Part shown: piece by piece, positions 7,211-10,127 of the stretch | Layout: each line of letters starts with the position of its first letter | How positions within the stretch are numbered: the stretch's first letter is position 1 | NCBI GenBank assembly: GCA_043822785.1 | Contig: JBDRBN010000064.1 | Span: forward strand, 1-10,127 | Direction of reading: 5' to 3' | From: Pseudomonadota bacterium | Lineage (GTDB): Bacteria > UBA10199 > 2-02-FULL-44-16 > JAAZCA01 | DNA length: 10,127 nucleotides | The notes under the pieces: generated by a model | What the model saw: the letters and a program-made list of their open reading frames with translations, nothing else | What the model was told of the DNA's origin: nothing | The model's database searches: none | Made by a program: the position numbers and the translations under genes

Positions 7211-8641
7211 ATGGGTGCTGTATTTACGATTTCATTGAATGAGAAGAACGCTGGACGCGTGGACAAGCTTAGGAAGCGGTTCAGATTCTTCTACAATCCT
7301 TCACATAAACTTTGGTTTGCAACAGAGCGTGCGGCAAGCTTAGCTCGTAAGATGGGAATCGATTTTCAGATCAATTCTGAAATAGATTCAAGTCAAAGCA
7401 ATGTAAAAATCATTGATGCATTTCCTGCATCCCTCGCTTCTTCCCCGCCTCAGTCTGCGAAAGATGAAATTATTGCTGCTGCGCTCGCTCGCGAGAGGGA
7501 TGGTCAGCCATCGACGCCAATATATCTTGGGCGAGATATAGCCCTAAAACAGTATCCAGGCGCATTTCTACTTGATATGGCTGGCGGGCAACGAAAATAC
7601 ACCTGGAGATTTGCCGATCTTAGAGAAAATACAGAGAACATCTCTGTATCCAACAGGTTTCCAAAGTTACTTGCAGCCATGAAGGATCCTGATACGCGGT
7701 TTGTCCTATCACTTGGCGGAGGAGGGCTCAAAGTCTATGCTCAAACAGTGATCTTTCGACTGATCGAGGCACTGGCTGCCAAAGAATACATTGATGAAAT
7801 TTGGGGTACGAGCGCCGGCGCAATAGGCGGCCTTTGGTATGCGAGTGATGCGCCAATAGATGAGATAGAGCAGAGCGGCTATGACCTCTACAATAAACGA
7901 TACTCGCTAAAGCTAACTCCATCCAAACTACATGTCTTCAAGAACTTGATTGTTCAGCACTTGCTTCCACAAGCGTTTCGACCTAGCGGTTTTGGAGGAT
8001 TTATTGATTCCGCAAAATCAATTGAGAATTTTATTGAAAGAGTTAAAAAAGGCCGACAGCCAAGACTTCCTTTTTACTCTATCGCCTTTAACATAAATGC
8101 ATTCAAGCCCGAGGTGTTGACTCCTCTCATTTTCGACATTCCTGAATATCGAGATATGATCTTCAGCGTGGATGCCATTGAGGCAGCAGTTGCTTCCTCC
8201 AGCGTTCCCGTCCTTTTTGTTCCCAAAGTCATCCAACGCGACAACAGGGATGTCAGCTATATCGATGGCATGACCACTGAGGTGGTTCCAAAGATCTCGA
8301 TCTATCGAAAATGGCTCATGGATAGAAAATTGGAAATCGAAAAACGTTCAAAGCTCTTCATTCTTGCAGTCAAGTTTGCAAAGGACAGCATCTATAGAAT
8401 GGGGGTTGGTAAAGGCATGAGTGAGCTGAAGATGATGCTTCTGTATCACGATGCGATAATACACGCTATCGGGCAGACTCAGAATGCGATCATAGGTGGC
8501 GACAGCGATGTGACCCTGCTTGAAATTGCTACACCTCTTTCCGAATGGAACAACTTCGACATCTATGGAATCCCAGAGTTTATCAAAAAATCCTACGTAC
8601 ACTATATCGATGACCTGATCAAGTTTGAGGAAGCTGGCTAG
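7211..8641 (+). CDS. patatin-like phospholipase family protein with N-terminal extension
   Basis: LSLGGGGLK oxyanion motif (~7715), GTSAG nucleophile elbow (7805-7819), AVASSSVPVLF, and YIDGM catalytic Asp (8264). SD GAGGAG precedes the ATG at 7211; the alternative start is TTG 7196. Confidence 0.9.
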   Translation: MGAVFTISLNEKNAGRVDKLRKRFRFFYNPSHKLWFATERAASLARKMGIDFQINSEIDSSQSNVKIIDAFPASLASSPPQSAKDEIIAAALARERDGQPSTPIYLGRDIALKQYPGAFLLDMAGGQRKYTWRFADLRENTENISVSNRFPKLLAAMKDPDTRFVLSLGGGGLKVYAQTVIFRLIEALAAKEYIDEIWGTSAGAIGGLWYASDAPIDEIEQSGYDLYNKRYSLKLTPSKLHVFKNLIVQHLLPQAFRPSGFGGFIDSAKSIENFIERVKKGRQPRLPFYSIAFNINAFKPEVLTPLIFDIPEYRDMIFSVDAIEAAVASSSVPVLFVPKVIQRDNRDVSYIDGMTTEVVPKISIYRKWLMDRKLEIEKRSKLFILAVKFAKDSIYRMGVGKGMSELKMMLLYHDAIIHAIGQTQNAIIGGDSDVTLLEIATPLSEWNNFDIYGIPEFIKKSYVHYIDDLIKFEEAG

Positions 8642-8668
8642 TTGTGTAGCAAAATCGGCGTGATCTTT

Positions 8669-9883
8669 TTACTTCCTTAAAAACTTTACCCTTGCAAATC
8701 TGCGCTTTCCTACTTTGAGCAAGATATCTTTGGTGGTAGGAATCTGTGCGCCTATGTCGGTTATCTTCTGTCCATCCAGTTCTACAGCTCGCTGGGTGAT
8801 CATGCGGCGTGCATCGTTTTTGCTGGAACAGAGCTCGGCCTGAACTATAGTATCGGCCAGCAACACAGTATCGCCATCTGCATTTATGACTTTTTCCTCT
8901 ATCTCATCTGGCAATTTCTTGCTTGCGAACACGCGCTCGAACTCATCGCGCGCTGCCAGGGCATCCTTTTCTGAATGAAAGCGCTCCACCATCTCCATGG
9001 CTAGGTTTTCTTTTGCCACCTTGGGATGAAGCTTGCCGGTGAGCACCCGTTCCTTCATCTCTTCTATCTCATCAGCTGAGAGATCAGACAAAAGATCGTA
9101 ATAAGTCCACATGAGCTCATCTGATATGGACATCATCTTGCCAAATATCTCGCGAGGCGCTTCATAGATGCCTATATAGTTGCCATAGGTCTTGCTCATC
9201 TTTTGCACGCCATCCGTGCCCACGAGAAGCGGCATGGTGAGAACCACCTGGGGTTCCTGACCAGATCTCTTCTGAATGGTTCGGCCCATGAGGAGGTTGA
9301 AGATCTGGTCTGTCCCGCCGAGCTCTACATCAGCTTTAAGCACAACCGAATCCTGCGCCTGCAAAAGCGGATAGTAAAATTCAAGGATCGTAATATCGTG
9401 GCCCTCTTTCATGCGCTTTTTAAAATCATTACGCTCCAGCATTCGTGCCACTGTCTGCTTAGAACCAAGTTCAGCTATTTCAAGGCCAGACATCTTACCC
9501 AGCCACTCTGAATTGTAACGCACCTCTACCTTATTCATATCCAAAATCTTGCCTGCCTGATTCATATATGTCTTGGCATTCTTTTTGATAACGTCTTCAG
9601 AAAGCGTCGGCCTGGTCTCATCCCTTCCTGACGGATCGCCTATGCGAGCTGTGAAATCACCGACGAGAAATATCACTGTATGGCCCAGATCCTGAAACTG
9701 CTTGAGCTTCTGCATCACAACCGTGTGCCCCAAGTGTAGATCGGGCGCAGTTGGATCAAAGCCTATCTTTACACGAAGGGGTTTGCCGCGCTTTAACTTG
9801 GCAATGAGCTCCTCTTCGCTCACCAGCTCAACAATACCGCGTTTTATGAGCTCTAATTGTTTCTCAATTGGAAGTGTTTTCAT
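8669..9883 (-). CDS. tyrS: tyrosine--tRNA ligase
   Basis: [13 protein letters not shown] (HIGH motif), [26 protein letters not shown] (KMSKS motif) and a C-terminal S4-like domain ending KVGKRRF. SD GAGGA upstream. Confidence 0.99.
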   Translation of the reverse strand: MKTLPIEKQLELIKRGIVELVSEEELIAKLKRGKPLRVKIGFDPTAPDLHLGHTVVMQKLKQFQDLGHTVIFLVGDFTARIGDPSGRDETRPTLSEDVIKKNAKTYMNQAGKILDMNKVEVRYNSEWLGKMSGLEIAELGSKQTVARMLERNDFKKRMKEGHDITILEFYYPLLQAQDSVVLKADVELGGTDQIFNLLMGRTIQKRSGQEPQVVLTMPLLVGTDGVQKMSKTYGNYIGIYEAPREIFGKMMSISDELMWTYYDLLSDLSADEIEEMKERVLTGKLHPKVAKENLAMEMVERFHSEKDALAARDEFERVFASKKLPDEIEEKVINADGDTVLLADTIVQAELCSSKNDARRMITQRAVELDGQKITDIGAQIPTTKDILLKVGKRRFARVKFLRK

Positions 9884-9910
9884 AGATTCCTCAATGTATT
9901 ATTGATAATA

Positions 9911-9963
9911 AAATTCCAAGCACCAAATTCCAAATTCCAAATAAACTCCAAATTCCAATAACC
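9911..9963. repeat. degenerate heptamer tandem repeat (AAATTCC)n
   Basis: AAATTCC AAGCACC AAATTCC AAATTCC aaat AAACTCC AAATTCC AATAACC. Confidence 0.85.
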
Positions 9964-10000
9964 CACTGTTGTTACGATAGAACTGCATGTTTTTCATGGA

Positions 10001-10086
10001 TGTCATTGCGAGCAAAGCGAAGCAATCCCCTTATAACCTGTGTTTGCGGGAGATTGCTTCGTCGCTAAACGCTCCTCGCAATGACA
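10001..10086. repeat. nested palindromic element (REP/RPE-like miniature element, 86 bp)
   Basis: Perfect outer inverted repeat TGTCATTGCGAG (10001-10012) / CTCGCAATGACA (10075-10086), and perfect inner inverted repeat CGAAGCAATC (10018-10027) / GATTGCTTCG (10052-10061). Confidence 0.85.
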
Positions 10087-10127
10087 CCTAGACATGAGAA
10101 AAATGAATTCTTATATTTCAACCAGTT

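Noticed and set aside
8642..8668. Bidirectional terminator between the convergent patatin and tyrS genes
   Set aside because: The gap is only 27 nt and has no convincing GC stem with U-tract.
2274..9905. Short antisense or alternative-frame ORFs inside the radical SAM, surface-protein, patatin and tyrS genes
   Set aside because: They are shadows of well-supported genes. The similarity among 5133-5351, 5967-6215 and 6942-7196 simply mirrors the conserved sorting tails on the opposite strand.
9911..10086. Possible CRISPR array or T-box riboswitch upstream of tyrS
   Set aside because: There is no repeat-spacer periodicity of CRISPR size and no recognisable T-box consensus on the minus strand.

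Overview
The window is bounded by two housekeeping loci on the minus strand: a complete 16S rRNA gene with its promoter and leader (left) and tyrS (right). Between them is a ~6.7 kb block on the plus strand with three parts. (i) A sigma54-type promoter precedes two short, Lys-rich, paralogous ORFs (46 and 47 aa, missed by the ORF track) and a cobalamin-dependent radical SAM enzyme resembling RiPP C-methyltransferases, which together form a candidate minimal RiPP locus. (ii) A second sigma54-type promoter precedes three tandem paralogous secreted proteins that share an unrecognised Cys-containing domain and a near-identical GG(G/A)C-TM-RRR C-terminal sorting tail. (iii) A patatin-like phospholipase follows. 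Upstream of tyrS are a heptamer repeat tract and a nested palindromic element. The 16S sequence and the sorting tail suggest a deltaproteobacterial-type host (inference, not database-checked).
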